From the human T2T-CHM13v2.0 reference genome, Homo sapiens, in the NCBI RefSeq assembly GCF_009914755.1, contig NC_060942.1: a stretch of DNA of 64,000 nt; one strand, 5' to 3'. Every line of letters starts with the position of its first letter. Position 1 is the first letter of the stretch. Made by a program: the position numbers and the translations under genes. Below are positions 1-15,012 of this stretch, piece by piece. The notes below the pieces were generated by a model. It had not been told where the DNA came from. It searched no databases and saw only the letters and a list, made by a program, of their open reading frames with translations.

Positions 1-1584
1 CAAAAGGTCCAGTTTGAACTAGAAGCTATAAATTTGTAATGACTCCAATTTTCAAAGTTGTGCCTTTTTTTTTTCTAGGCTTATTCAGCATCCCTCATAT
101 AGCAGTTTAGAAATCAGAACATTTGAATTTTCCAGGATCGTGATTTTTGCCAATGAATACAGTAGAAGGACAAATAATTAACAGACAATTACATCATTAA
201 TGGAGTGATTGAAGTGATGGGCCGCAAAATCTAGTCTCCTAAGGGGAGGAAACAAGTAGTGGAGACCACTTTTTTTAAAGAACAGATACAGAAAAAAATC
301 AACCAATGGAAATGAAAGAGTGGTTGCTATTTCTTTTCAAATGGTTGTTCTATCATACTAAATGAAATCTCATTCTGCAAAGTTTTTAACAATCTACTGA
401 TATAGACTAATAAATCAGTGATGGCTAGAAGCAAAACAAGAGATCACTATTTAACAATGATTTGATGTTGAAGGTTGAGAAACTTCACGAGGCAAAGCCA
501 GCTCTTCTAGGTCTTTTCTTATCAATTCAGATGTCCATTGACATTTTTACTTTTAATAGAGTTTTCTTAACACAAAAAATAAAAATGTCAAATTCCAATT
601 CTATCCTTCAGAGATTTCTAAAAATTTCTTTTCAGATAGATTGATGGATACATGGAAGAGAGAAAGAAAAAGAGAGAGAGTAACCACTTTTGAATTCCTG
701 AGGCTCACGTTGACTCAGTTCTTCTGTTTGGCTACACATAGATGTGTAGAGATGTCTGAGGCTTCTCCCATCACTATACAGCCAAATGGTTAGGGTCCTA
801 CTTTCATTTGAACGTGTTCTTAATATGTTAGTTTGGAAGCGGACATATCCATAGGGACAAATCATGTGAAGACTCAGGAAAGGAAGGCATTTATTAACAA
901 AAAAGTAAAAATTAAAATAAATGCAGAAAAGTATAGAGGGAAATAAAAGGTCGGGTGAAAATCCATTTTGGTATCAATTTAAGCAGAAACACAAAAATAT
1001 TTTATAATATTTGATTCATATTATATATTGTCCTGAAAATTTTTATTTGTTTTTACTTGATAAACTAAGGAGATATTGGACACTGGTAGATATTTATCTA
1101 AATGATCATTTTAGGCATGGAAAAAAATCCTATAATAACATCATGAGTTTTGTTTATTTTAATATTTACTATTATTATTAGCCAATTTCTTAATAAGAAA
1201 TATTCAATTCTATTGGTTATTATATATTTATGAGGGTTTATACAAGATGACAATGTTTTAAATCAGTGAGTAAACAAATAATTATACATTAGTGGGATTA
1301 CTGGATATTTATTTTTAAGAAATAATGATATTTGCTTTTCACCTTATAGGCAATAATAAATTTTACATGGAGCAAATATTAAAAATTTAAATAAAAATAT
1401 AGAAATAAAATAACAAACACGGTTAATTAAAAGAAAATCTTGAGATGGGGAAGTTCTTCTGAAGCAGGGTTTAAAGTCCAAAACCAGAAAGAGTGTGGCT
1501 ACATAAGCTTTAGACCTCCATCGTACTTAAGTTACTACGTCTTCATAATGTGTATTCATACGTTCAAGGCACATTCTTCTACAT

Positions 1585-1780
1585 TAGCCTTTATTTAAAA
1601 AATCTATCTTGGCTATTCTCAGACATCATTCTTCTCAACAAACTTTAGAATCTTTCAGATAATCTTTGTTTTTCACTACCCCTAAAACAAACTCTATCGG
1701 GATTTAGGTTGGCAATGCATCATGTTTATGTATTAGTTGGAGTAAAATTATTACCTTTGCAGGATTGAAACTTCGAGCCT
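1585..1780 (-). mobile_element. Old L1M LINE ORF2 fragment
   Basis: Degenerate antisense L1 text (ttggctattc...aactttagaatc...gggatttaggttggcaatgcat...tttatgtattagttgg); boundaries approximate. Confidence 0.5.
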
Positions 1781-4700
1781 ATAAATTGTCTTTGGCTTTG
1801 CAAATGAATCTGTTTTATTAATAATAGTTAAAATGTATTAGTATGCAAACATGTAAACCACTGGTAAACCAATTAAAATACAGTTTATATAGGTGAAACT
1901 CAAAACAGTTTCAAGCCCATTGCAATAACCACGGAATCCTTAGTGGTTTATATCCCACAGGTTGGAAATCATTGCCTCAGATAATGATTTATTTTTTGCT
2001 TGGTAGGTTGCACTTTGTCTAGGAATGTGAGAGAGGTGAAGTCTAGAGTTCCTGTGTACCTTCATTTTGAGACCTAACCTTGAGAAATTTCTTTTCTTTA
2101 GGAGACATTTAAATTCCAGCTCATGTCAGGTTTGAAAATTTATGCAACTAATAGATTAAAAGATGCTTTCTGAATCTAAAAGTTAATGATTTTATATCCA
2201 TTTTATGTTTTATTTAGCTAGCTAGCTATCTCAAAGAATTTAGAAAAAAGAAAATTCAACTACCACTTTTATGACATTCAATTTTATTAGTTTAAATAGC
2301 TTTCAGTAAAAAAGAATTCACACTAGTACCATTTTCCATAGCTGAAATAGTGCAGAATGAACACAACACTATATTTCTTTTGCAATCTACCTTCTTATGC
2401 AGAAAGGAAGATTATCATTGTTAACTAATTTCAAATTATGATTTTGGTTAGTAATGTACTAACTAATTTGCTTTCGGAACAAAATAATTTTCTAATCATT
2501 GTTATGATGTTTTATGTATGCCATAATTGTATTTTTTTTCATGATCAGGAAGAAAGATTAATTCAAAACTTATTTTAACTGCTTTTCATTAAACCATAAC
2601 TGAGTTTCATTGGGTTAAATTTGGTAATTTTCCAATCTAAGTGTGTTTTAGGCTGGTGCCAAGACTAATTCAATTGCTTCTCTTCTAGATTCATAGGTTT
2701 CATAAAAAGTTCATTTTATGTTAGCTTAGGGCTTTTCTGCCTAGTGAGGATTATAGTATTTGTCACAAGGGTGCCAAGATTTATTATAAGAAAAAAGAAA
2801 ATAATTCGTAAATTTTACAATTGAAATGACTATATTTAAAATGCTTAATAATGGCACTTAAGAGACAACAGTGTTTGTACATTCTTATGCTAATTAGCCA
2901 ATTTGCTGTTGCTTTTCTTGATTGTGAAATGTGGTTGTAGTGCAGAGTTCTGTGCTTTGAGTTATAGAATATTAAGACCTTAACTTTCATGAGGACATTC
3001 AGTAGAATTGGGACATTTTCTTCTGCACAAATGCTGTCACGTAACAGAAGGTACAAAACTGATCATGTTATTTGTTTAGTGGAGGGTAGCTTTCATGGAA
3101 TAGATACAGGAGATTGTGGGACTACAGTTTTCCTTATGTGTTTCACTGTTTGCAAGGAAGGCTGACTGTACTGCCATTGTCATTCTGGTCACAGCATAGA
3201 GAGAACTTGGAATTTTAATAACTGCCCTATTCAGTGAATTATAGTCGTTTGATATAGCAATTTGACAGTATTGTGATTAGCCAGGAAGGGATGCCCCTTC
3301 CCCTTGGTGTTCTAATAAGCCTGCTCTATCTAGGCCTGTAGGCCTCTTGGATGCTATACAAAGAAGTAACTGAAATGATGAAGTGTTGTATATTATTTAT
3401 AGCTTCAATTTACTGAACTAGCTTGTTTTGTGTTGGTTTTGAGTGAAGGGAAGGATCAAAAACTCTAAATGATTTCCATTTGTGTCCTCTGGGTATGGTG
3501 CTCAGTTCACTGCACCCTCTAATTTAAAAGATGGTTTTACTTCTCAGATGCAAGTGATTGTGCCAGAACCTGGCTTCAGCCAGCTGCAGAACTAAATGAG
3601 GATTTGAAAAGCCAGTGCCTGTCCCTAAATGCTTTAATGTACTACCAGGGAGTTAACTTTAGCAAGAGGAGGGGCTGCTATCTCATTAATCCTTTCAACT
3701 TCAAGATAAACAACTATTTTTATTACTGTAAGACAATTAGTAAAACTTGTCTTAAGTCATGTTGCAAGTGACCTTTACATCAGGTTCTAGTCTGATGGTA
3801 ACATGATAGTTCTTTTTTTTTTTTAATTTCTCGTTGGAAGAAAAACAAAACGTATTTTTCCTCTCTCTCCATCTTTCCATCCTTTCACCCATCCTTTTGT
3901 CCATCTTTTCCTCTCTGCATTTATCTAACCAGCCAATATGAATTGAATGTCTACCAGGTTCCACTTACCTCTCTGTGCAATATTTAGTGTTTGTTATGTG
4001 ATAGTCAATATAATCAGTGCTGGCTCTACAGAGTGAATAAAACCCAATTTCACTTCTGAAATTATTAGTTGAACCACATGCTAACAGACCATTACAAGAC
4101 AATGTGCTAAGCAGTGGTGACAGCGGTATGGATATTATGCCATTGATGCATAGATGAAGGACACTTAGTTCACCCGGGAAGCTGTGACACAGTCAGGAAA
4201 GATCTGCAATTTGAGTTGAGATTGAGGAGCAAGCAGATACTGCCAAGTGGAAATAGAGAAAAGTGCTCCTGTCAGAGGGAAAGCTGTGTGAGCAGAAAAA
4301 TGTACGTGCTAGGGACCTGCTCTCTGATAGGCCACTGTAGCGGAGGAAGCAGACAAAAATCCAACCAACAAATGAAGTGCTACCTAGAGCTATGTACAGT
4401 TCCATGGAAATGCTCCACTGTCTCTATGAAGTTTGTTTGATCTTATATGTATAAAAAGCAAACAAAAAGTTATTTCTTAGGTTATATTTTTTATTTCCAG
4501 GGATGACTGATTCTCTATATAAGGTTAAATAAATGTACTCTGACCTCAATTGCAAAAAGACAGTAGGCACTGTGGAGTTAATGCAGCCATTCAGTAAATA
4601 TGCAGTTATGAAGACATGATTATCTTTGAAATGATAATGCCATGTCTCAATGGCAGCCTATGTGGGAAGTTCTCGCAGCACTGCATGAGGTTGAAACTAA

Positions 4701-5901
4701 CTGATTGTAATTTCATGGACTAGGCCCCTGAGCCTTGGGTATGTTTAGTAACTTGCTGAGTTACAGTGTGGGCTCCAACCCAGCTCTGCCTCCCTCCAGA
4801 GCTTCGTGTTTACTCCTCATGTTATGCTGTCTATATTGGGCCAGTTACTGTGCTAGGCAATACAGTCCTGAGTGATAAAATGCTGGGCGACTACAGGCAA
4901 GAATCTGTGAGCAGTCTTCCAATTACAAGGAGTGTTTAAAAGATTTGGTGAACAGAGACGATCCATATTTGAGAATGTTATAGCACCCCACAGTTGTGTG
5001 GTACATTTGGAGGATATGTTTGCCTTTGGGAGTTGGGCTTAATACTTCCTTCCCTGCCCTCTGAGCATTCTTCACTCTAAGACAGCATGCAGCTCTGGAA
5101 TCTTTTGAACTACAAATCCCAGGAAAGAAAACATTGAGTTTGGGAAGAGAATTAGTAGCCACAGTTAGCAGTGTTCTCTGGACTTGCTATGATTAATGGT
5201 TTCATGCTGAAATCTAGAGAAGTGGAATACATTTTTATTAGGCTACTTTCTGACCCATTGGAATAAATCCAATAAAATCACATTAAATATTGTTATTATC
5301 TTACATTTTGGGGGTGTATTCTGGCCCAATATGGTTTACAAGTCAGACTTTATAATGGCAAATCTGCGACCACCACATTCTTACTATACTGATAATTTTT
5401 AGCAAGTAGATGCTATTTTATATAAAATGCAGTGCTTTTCTGCTGAATATAATAGAGGATTTCATGCTTTTCTAAGTTCTACAGCTATTTCAGCTTTTAG
5501 AAGAACATCAACATAACTACTGTACAGATGTGCTGCTTTTATTAAAGCAAGTTTACTAAGGTTTAAATGGTGCCATAAATTTTGTAGCTGCTTACCTAAG
5601 GAAATTCTGGCATGATCTTAGATATTACAAAAAGAAGGCTTCTTGGACCAGATTTGACCTTTCCCACTACACTTCTTGTCTTTGTCTGCAATTTCAAATA
5701 GATACATGCCAAATCTTTTTAATCAATCTTCCACATCTCTTAGCTTGTGTCATATTGTCCATTTCGTTGTTTCCTTGTGTTATGTAGATCATACCCTTAC
5801 TTTAGATCATTCTTCTCATGTGTTACTTTTCTTATCTGTCTCTTATTTGCTTTCTACTCTTCTGCTAAATTTTTAATTATCCTTTTCTCCTATGAAATAT
5901 G

Positions 5902-6112
5902 ATCTTTAATTTTTATTCAGATCAATTTGATTATCCTAATTTTTATTAAAGATGTCTTTAATATTTGTATTAATTTTATTAATCTTATTAACATAATAAT
6001 TATAAAATTATTTTTTATTAATATAATATTTTTATTAATTTTAATTTTATTAATAGTATTTATTAATTAAATAAAAATTAATCTTTAATTTTTATTCAGA
6101 TCAATTTGATTA
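5902..6112. repeat. Perfect 32-bp direct repeat flanking 147-bp AT-rich filler
   Basis: ATCTTTAATTTTTATTCAGATCAATTTGATTA at 5902-5933 and 6081-6112. Confidence 0.95.
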
Positions 6113-7859
6113 GTTTTACAATATCTTGTTCTTCATCTATGTTGTATTCCTTTTGTTTTTCTTTAAACATCACAAATGCATTTGTTTTATATTTTGCCTG
6201 CCAGTTATAATTTATAAAACCTTGGGTCTCATTCTTTTGTTTCTAGCTGATGGCACTTGCTTCCCCTGTGTGCTTTTATTCTGATTTTTGGCTGTGCAAG
6301 CTTATTCCTTGGATCTTTACATTTTGCTGGTAGGGAAGTATGTGCAATAAGGGCTTTCACAGGAATTTTTAGTGGATGCACAATTTTAGTTCTTTAGACA
6401 CATTATGGGCACATGGCCATTCATTTTATTAAAATCTCTTAATATAATGTATGGCTTTGAATATTTTTAGAAAATTAAAGTAGGTGCCTTTTTCTGTCCC
6501 TCTGATTACTTGTAGAATCCTTAACAGCTGGAAATGGACACATAAGTCCACTAGATGTTTTGTAATTTGGTGATTAAACAGCTTCTTCTGAAAATGTTTG
6601 TTCACTTAACTAACATTTATAGAAAGCTTCCTGAGACAGAGTGGTGACTGCCTTGCTTCATTTTCATTTGATAACCACATTGAGTGATTATATATCAGAC
6701 TTTTTAATATTCTGAGTTCATTCAGGCAGCAATGAAATTTAAGCAGAGACTTATTGAGGGCAGGTCTCTGAAGTGAGCCAAAGTAATTGGTCTGCATGAA
6801 GGGCTCAAGTCTGAAATGAAGTTTAAGTTTTCTAAGGTGATGGAGCGGGAACATATCTGTGACAATGGAGGGGCTTGGGGTAGTTTGAATGCATTGCATA
6901 GAAATACATTTTTGAGGCTTTTATTGGTTCTGCTGTTAATGAAACACATATTTCTTATAAAGCAGGTTTTAAGGTACCATCTTAGTGATTTCTTTAAAAA
7001 GCGTTTACACTATTGGCTGGACTTACATGAAGGAGTTACTTTACAAAAATGAGTTGTGTGATATATACTGTGTGTGTCAAGGGACCCAGAGTCTAGTGAT
7101 AATAAAATGTTAAATCAGGAAGCATTAATTAAGACAGATTTAGGTAATATTCGTTGTACTTTAATGTGTAAGACATGCATCCACACACACCCTTTTGTGG
7201 ACTATGTATTTAATTATTTGTTAAGTAGGAGTCAATTTTTAAGATTTTCTCATTAAAATCCCTTATAAAAATAATAAAACAAAGAAATTAAATTATTTTA
7301 TCTCAGCCAGAAACAAGGCCATGACCCAAATTTTTAGAATCCTGGCCTCATAGCTACTCTATCGTTTCATTTTACCTTATTTATTAAGTTGAAGTCTGTA
7401 TTTTCGTTAAATAAAAGGGGAATGGGCCACAAACATGGCCTTAAAAGTAGATAATATATGATACTTATGTGAACATGTCATTTATAAAGCATAATTTACA
7501 TCCTTAATTCTTAATTTTCTCCCAAATACGGTAGTTAATAGACTCCAAAATACATTTTATAGTATCTCCAAAGTTATTTTCAAAGCCATCCTTACTGCTG
7601 TCATATCACAGCTCCAGATTTAACTATGTAAATCCAGACACCAAAGTTGAAAATGAACAGAACTTACAAAGAGATCACAAGTGAAAAGAGATTATAAAAA
7701 TTGATTGATAGACAGCTTGGTCATTGGCCACCACTATGAGAGCCCATCTGTTGGGATGGCATGGCGCCTGCTAGAGAGTTCAGGCTGTGCACATGAGAGG
7801 GTTCATATATGGGTAGCCAGCTAAACTTTGTCTAATTTTGTGTCCATTGTGAATAAGTA

Positions 7860-8191
7860 TAGTTGGCCCTCTATATCAGTGGGCTCCACATCCAGGGATT
7901 CAAACAACAGTGATAGAAAATATTTTTAATTGCATCTGTACTGAACATGTACAGACTTTTTTTTTCTTGTTATTAGTCCCTAAGCCATACAGTGTAACTC
8001 CTATTTACATAGCACTTACATTGTTTCAGGTATCATGAGTAATCCAGGGATGCTTTAAAGTATACAGGGGGATGTGCATAGATTATATGCAAATACTACA
8101 CCATTTTATGTCAGGGACTTGAGCATCCATGGATTTCAGTATCTGCAGGAGTTCCTGGAACTAATCTCCCGTGGATACCAAAGGATGATTG
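7860..8191 (-). mobile_element. MER2 (TcMar-Tigger non-autonomous DNA transposon)
   Basis: Matches recalled MER2 consensus in reverse (gggacttgagcatccatggattt...tatgcaaatactacaccattttat); degenerate TIRs and TA at both ends. Confidence 0.9.
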
Positions 8192-9859
8192 TATTCACTT
8201 GGTGTTAGATGCCTCTTCACAAATACTAGTACAATTTATAACATGTCAGTAGGTTGATGTTCATATTTAAACTTTCTATTTTAATTTATTATTTTTTTCC
8301 AGAAGAAGTACAAGGATTTAGGAGTGGGTAGGAAATGAAAAAATTAATAACATCCTATTGAATAGAGTCAAAGGGGCAAGAAAAAGATAAGAAATCATAG
8401 TACAATCAGAAGTGTTATTCAATTATAGATGCTAGTGCTATAGGAATGCAGATTTTGGAATGATTGACTGTAAAAGTTAGACGGGGCTTCACAGATGAAA
8501 CGACATTAAAAGGATCTTGAAAGATCAGTAGTGGTTCACAAGATCTGAGGGCTGTAAAAAGTACTTCGGGCAAAGGCAGACCATGCAGGAAAAAATTACA
8601 TAAGAAAAGGCATGGAATATTCAGGTATTGTGGGGGGCAAATACCATTGCAAAACTTGAGGTCTACTGAGGGGATTCTATCCCCCATTCTCCAGGAAACA
8701 AATAAAAAAAAAAAAAAGGTTAACTGTTTTTACACAGTGAGAATTGAGGTTAGATTTGTGTTTCAGAAAAATAACCTGGTGTCATTAGAGAAAACAAATT
8801 GGAAAAAGGAGACAGTGAAGCTGTGGTTGCATATTTAGCCCCTCTCCAGCAGTAATCACTAGCCTCTCCCTCCAGCAAACAAAAGTCCCAAGCAAACTAT
8901 GCATACTCCATTGTGCTGCTTATAGAGCTTCAGGACATTTGCTTAGTTCCACTCTTCCCAAGGGATTTCCACCCTAACCTTCTATGTAGACATTATGAAG
9001 ACACCAAAAACAAAACCAAACCAGAATACCACTTAGAATACTAGTGAAGTCATCGAAAAAAGTGATGGGCATTAACATTAACTGGTGGCTGCTTATATGG
9101 TAGATTAAATGGAAGACACTTTGGGTAATTGAATGGAAGGTGATAACTTGTCCACTATAAGAAATGCAGGTGGTGCAGCATGTTTAAAGGTTGAAGAAAT
9201 AAGTTTGGTTCTCAGCATATTATCTGTGTTGGTCTTTAGCAGAAAACTTTGAATGGTGATTTGCAGACCATATTTTCTTCAGAAACCAATGTACCTTGCA
9301 AGTATCCTATGATTGCTTTTCAAAGAATAGGTTGATTTCTTCTTTATCCAGCCTTATTACTAATGAGTATGAGGTTATACTTAAAATAATCCATGGTAAA
9401 TTTGTTGCTATGGAACAATATAGCATCCTTAGTATAGTCAGATATGTATGTCTTCTATCAATGTCCTAAAGTAAGTCTACAGTTCCGTGGATTACTAGAA
9501 AAACAATCAATTTTCTGTAACTTTATACTCCTTGATAAATGGTTGCAAAGATGACCAAAACACAAAAAGGTCCTATTTCAGGACAACAATTCTTAATGCT
9601 TTTTAAATTATTTGATTATATCTTATCTTACTCAAGATATATTGAATAATTATCAAAATAAATGTAAAGTAAAATAAATTTTATTCACAGGAATTAATAA
9701 TAGCAACATTATTTTATTGGATTAATAATTACAGGAGAGGTATACAAATAATTCTATATTTTGATTCATCTAAATGCATATTTAATCTGTATCAACTTGT
9801 GCTCAATGGTCTAGAAAAAATAAGATGAATTTTTTTAAAGAAATATTTTGTCACTATGC

Positions 9860-10220
9860 AGAGAGGGCCAAAATTGCCTAGAATGCTCTCACCCATATAT
9901 TCCTTTGGTTGGCTCTTTCTTATCCTTTAGTTTTCAGCTCAAAATCACCACCTCAGAGAGGTCTTCACTGCCTCTTTGTCAAATATGGCCACTTCTCTCT
10001 TGCATATTACCCCTCTGCCATGTATTTCCTTCCTAGCATGTCACTATCTGACATCACCATGTTTATTTATCTGTTTAATTGTTAAGTTTTTGTCCAGAAT
10101 GTCAGCTCCCAGGGGTCTTGGCCCTCACTTGACCACAGTGTTCCTCGTGCCTAGGTCTCTGTCTGGGAGTGTGAGCAATAAGTTAATATAAGTGGAAAGG
10201 ATAAAGGAATAAATGAATAA
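9860..10220. mobile_element. L2 LINE 3' fragment
   Basis: cagctcaaaatcaccacctcagagaggtcttc...agaatgtcagctccc...aataaatgaa, typical L2 3' text. Confidence 0.65.
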
Positions 10221-11017
10221 CTTAGAGTACATATGAAGAGAGGAGACATCTGCAATGGGACTATTTTTTAAGATGGCAATTTAAGTCAGGGAAAAACATT
10301 CCGCCTGTCATCTGCTACCATTTAAATGTCTGTAGAAAGGAGAAAGAAACCTACCCGTAGTTACCTAGAGAAGAAGAAAATATGGATTTTCCTTGTTAGC
10401 ATTAAATTAAAACTTTCTGACAGAGAGCTGTAGGAAATGCTATATCAGAAAAGAGATATCAGACCTATTATATAAGTAAAATTACTCTGTCACGTGGAGA
10501 GTACTGACAGTTGCTAGTATAAATCATCCTTATAGCATTCTTAACTGGGAAATTTAATATAAACCTTTCTTGCAAATCAGTAATATTGCAGACACAAGGC
10601 TGAAATCTCCAGGGAACAATTAACAGTTGCAATGAAATCACAGAAACTCTAGCATACCAAACCAATAATACTCATTCTTAAAGTCTACATTGGGGAGGGA
10701 AGCGTAACTGACAATATATTCCATCAAAGGCTTTTATCTTAGACTGTAAGCAGGAATGGCTGCATTTTTGAGAGTCAATCAGACACTTTGGTTTCTGGCC
10801 AGCCCACCGTCTCTCACTACGCATTGCCTTCTGAGCAGTTTTACACCTCAACAGAGACTGGCCAGCTGCATCTTCACATCCATATCCTTTGAAGCAACCA
10901 CATTGTCATTACTCATTTTCCTTTTTATTTCCTATCTTTATAGCTTCTTTAAGCTCTATACACATTTTAATACTTCATTTTGTTGTTGTTGATGATGATT
11001 GCTTCCTTGCTTTTCTA

Positions 11018-11167
11018 ACTTTATTTTTTATTGATACATAATAAATGTATATAATTTTTGGTACATGTGATGATTTAATACGTTCGTATAATTTGTAAAA
11101 ATCAAATCAGTATAATGGGGATATCCATTGCCTTAAATAATTGTCTTTCCTTTATGCTAGAAACATT
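11018..11167 (-). mobile_element. Short L1 3' end (L1MA/L1PB-like), 5'-truncated
   Basis: tttatttttattgatacataata...ggtacatgtgat...atcaaatcag...gggatatccat, antisense L1 3'UTR. Confidence 0.7.
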
Positions 11168-12944
11168 GCTTGTTTTCATTTCACTTCCTTGAATCTGAAA
11201 TATTGTTCTGGTACTTCTTTCCTGAACCAGTGACCCCGCCCCCCACCACCTCATTCCTCTGCTCTTTCTCCAACCTACCACACAAATTCACACACTGTGC
11301 TATTTCTCTAGAGCTCAGAGCTATTTCGTCTCTATTTTGAGCTGTATCCTAAATCGCTTCATATTCTTTCTTTCAGAATCTTAAAAAAAAAAAAAATCTG
11401 CCACTTCCAGGTCTCCTTTTTTCAGTTCTGATATTGTTATTCCCTCACCCTCAATGATAATTTCCTTTCAATAGCAGTCAGCTATCTAAATCTTGCCTGT
11501 GTCTGTGGTTGTAGATGTGCTTGCTCACATGTTTTCAAGACATTAAGCCTCCTTGCTGAATTTTTGACTTTGTATCTTTCTTTTCACAAGTCAATATAAA
11601 GATCCTAAGTAATCAGTTAAACAGCAAATGACTCTGATCTTGGTTGTTCCACAGGCACAGTTTTGAGCAATTAATGCTCATTTGAAGTCACTGAATCACA
11701 GGATTTTCCCAACTGTTTAGCCTTTTTAAACCATGAGATAAGTGACAGCTTAGAGTAAGAAGAAATAATGTTTTGACCAATTATGAAAACATGTTTGTGA
11801 TCAGCCTGAAATCACAAACATAATCACAATCATAGCCGTGGCAAGTTCTTTAAATTAGTTATTATAAAAACATATATGTCTTACATGTAAAATGAGATTT
11901 CATAAAATTACAGGGTTTTGGAAATTTAGAGATCTATTTCTCCTAATTTTGTAGATAAAGAAACTGAGACACAGAGAGATTGAACCTCTTAGCAAAGTCC
12001 ATATATTTTCTCTGTAAATCCTATGTTTATTTCACTTCACATTTTGGGATTGCGTATGTCCTACACTCATGACTGACATTGTCCTAAGAATAGGAGCATA
12101 ACCCAAGTGATGCTAAAATCTGCAAGTGTGCCTTATCTATCCATCATCAGTTGCCTCTACTTTTGTTACAGAAGTGGACAGGTACTAGAATGTGTCTCTT
12201 TCCTATGTGTGGGTGTGATGGTCTCTGTGAGCTGCATTGTGTACTGTCTGCTGATCCCCCTGCAGTCCTGCACACCCTCATACTGAGACAATGATGTAAG
12301 AGGTAGAAACAGGAAGATAATGGATCAGCTTCTCTTTTCCTGCATGGGGTGATGTGAACTGTATTGTTATAAGAACTCAAAGCACAGTTGGAAAAAGGGA
12401 ATCACCCCCTATGGGTCTGCTTGGAAAAGCATCTTTGTCTTTGATATTTTGGGTAAGCAGATTTTTCTCTCTTCTTTTATTCCTTCCACAAAGGCTTATT
12501 AAACCTTATGAGACCTGCATTGTGCTAGGCATTTAGAAAACAAAAAGGAATAAATCTACATTACCTATCTTCAAGGAGCTTGAAGTCTAGGAGAGGGAGG
12601 GCAAATAAATAGACAATAGTAATAGCATAAAGTAAGTGATGTAATGATGGAAAACACATACTGCAGGAGAGACACATAAGAGAGGCATCTAATCCAGAAA
12701 AGAAGGTCAAGGAAAGTTTTCCTGAGCCACAACACCTGTACCAAATCTCCCAGGATTCTTAGGAATTATCTCAGTAAAGAGAGGCAAAGAAGTATCCTAG
12801 ATCAGAGAATTAGGTCATCAGAGACCAGATGAGCACTTGCAATGGTTTTGGATTTTATAGGCTCTGTGTTACGGCTGCTTCATAGTTAAACTCAAGGCTG
12901 CTCTAGAGGCCAACACCAAGGATGAAGGTATGAGTATTATTCAT

Positions 12945-13310
12945 CAGTTAATCTGATTAGGCTAGGCTATTCTGCAATATTAAGTCCAAAATACCATTGG
13001 CTTAACACAATAAAAGTTTATTTCTCAATTGTACCAAGTTCAACATAGGACAAGTGAAATTCCTCAGTGTTGCAACCACACCAGTTGGGTCTGCATCCTC
13101 CAAAGTTGCAGTGGCAGGAGGATAATGGTAGAGATTTGCTTGGGATGCATTTAAAGAGCAGTCCTGGAAGAGGTTTATGTCACCTTCTGTCATTGACCAG
13201 AACACAGTAACCTATCTCCAGATGAACCACAAGGGAGACTGGGAAGTGTTGTCTTTCTGTGTGCTGCTAACAGAAAAATTATGTTGAACTCAGAATAGTA
13301 TCTCTGCCAT
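12945..13310 (-). mobile_element. MLT1 (J/K/I-like) MaLR LTR
   Basis: ggctaggctattctgc...tggcttaacacaataaaagtttatttctc...acaagggagactgggaagtg. Confidence 0.65.
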
Positions 13311-13376
13311 AGCCAGAGTAGTAGAGTTCATCCCTTTAATTAGGTGGACTCCTGAGGCCCTATTTAGGACAAGGCT

Positions 13377-13671
<295 letters not shown>

Positions 13672-14823
13672 AACAAGGCTATTTAAAAACTGCCTATAGC
13701 TATGCCCTCTCAAAAGGTCATTCCAATTAAGTACTCCTTAATTTTCATTTTATCTACTAAAGTTTATGAAAGGGAATTTTGAATGAAGGAAAGTGAACAG
13801 AAATAAATAAGAATTGATGTTTTTCAGAACTGATCAACAGTCAGTGACATACTTTGGCAGAAAGCATTTTTCTTTGTTCAATTAACAGGCCCAGCCCTGA
13901 ACTTGGAGTTTCTAGAAAATCACTTGCAATTGCAGTTTACTTGAAGCAATTCAGGTGATTGAGCCAAATATTTTATTTTTAAACAGCCTAAAGGGTAGAA
14001 TTTCTGGAGGTCAAGAAGTGAAGATTGGGAAGACCACGACTTTGCTTCAGGCTAACCCTGTCTGTTTTATGGCTTGCTTTATGAATCAGATGCTTCCAAG
14101 CTGTAATTATGTACAAATTATGAGTTTGGTAATATGTGGGAAACAGAACTGAGTAAAGCATTGTCCTTATCTACAGGGTGCCTATAATCTCTTTGGAGAG
14201 ATTCAGATAAATATTAACAAATAGCAAATTGCACAATGAATATTGCTAGAATGAAATAATAGCATTGTAGATAATTGCACATAAAAGAATAAGTTAGCAC
14301 TGTAGGGATTTGGGAAAGGTTTGGAAGGAAATATGATAGCATAGAAGCTGAATTTTGAGGAGTGAGGTAAACTTTTAATAGAAGTTGTGATACAAAACAT
14401 TCCAGGATGGTGAAATAGTATGAACAGTTACAGCTTTGTAAATTGTAAATGTGTATTGTGAAATGTTCAATAGCTTTGTGTGGCTGAAACAATGCATTGA
14501 AGGATACAGGTGAATAGAAGGAAGAGGATATTGGAAATTTTTATTTTACATATGAAGGGGCCAAGTCCAGGTGCTCTGATTTCTAGACCAGGGCCTTCTC
14601 TGTTTCATCTGTGTGCATTGAGAAATTAAGGCTGTCCAGGTAGGGTAGAGTTGGATTATGCAAGTCCAATTATCTTTCCTTTGCAGGGACTGTGGCTGGA
14701 AACTTGTTAAGGGTAGTGAGTAAAATTTAGTGGTTACAGTGGGATGAGACATGACTATTTTCATTGACTGTCATCAGGTTTCCTCCTAAGAATAGACTAC
14801 TTTAGAACTAAGAGGCTTATTTG

Positions 14824-15012
14824 ACACCTCCCACCAGACCCCACCTCCAAAATTGCAGGTCACATTTCAATATGTGATTTGAAGGAGATATATATCCAAA
14901 TTATGTCAACTGGTAGAAGGTATAAACTCTAAATGAGACATGAATAGGAATGTTTGAGTAGAGGGAAAGCAGAGGACGTGAGATAAAAGACTAGAGCAGA
15001 GAAATTGCTAGG
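14824..15012. repeat. Diverged copy of 15595-15793 (MSTB LTR end plus flank)
   Basis: Shared acacctcccac...ccccacctc...cacatttcaa...gtgatttgaagg...aaggtataaactct..atgaga.atgaataggaat...aagcagagga.gtgagata. Confidence 0.9.
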
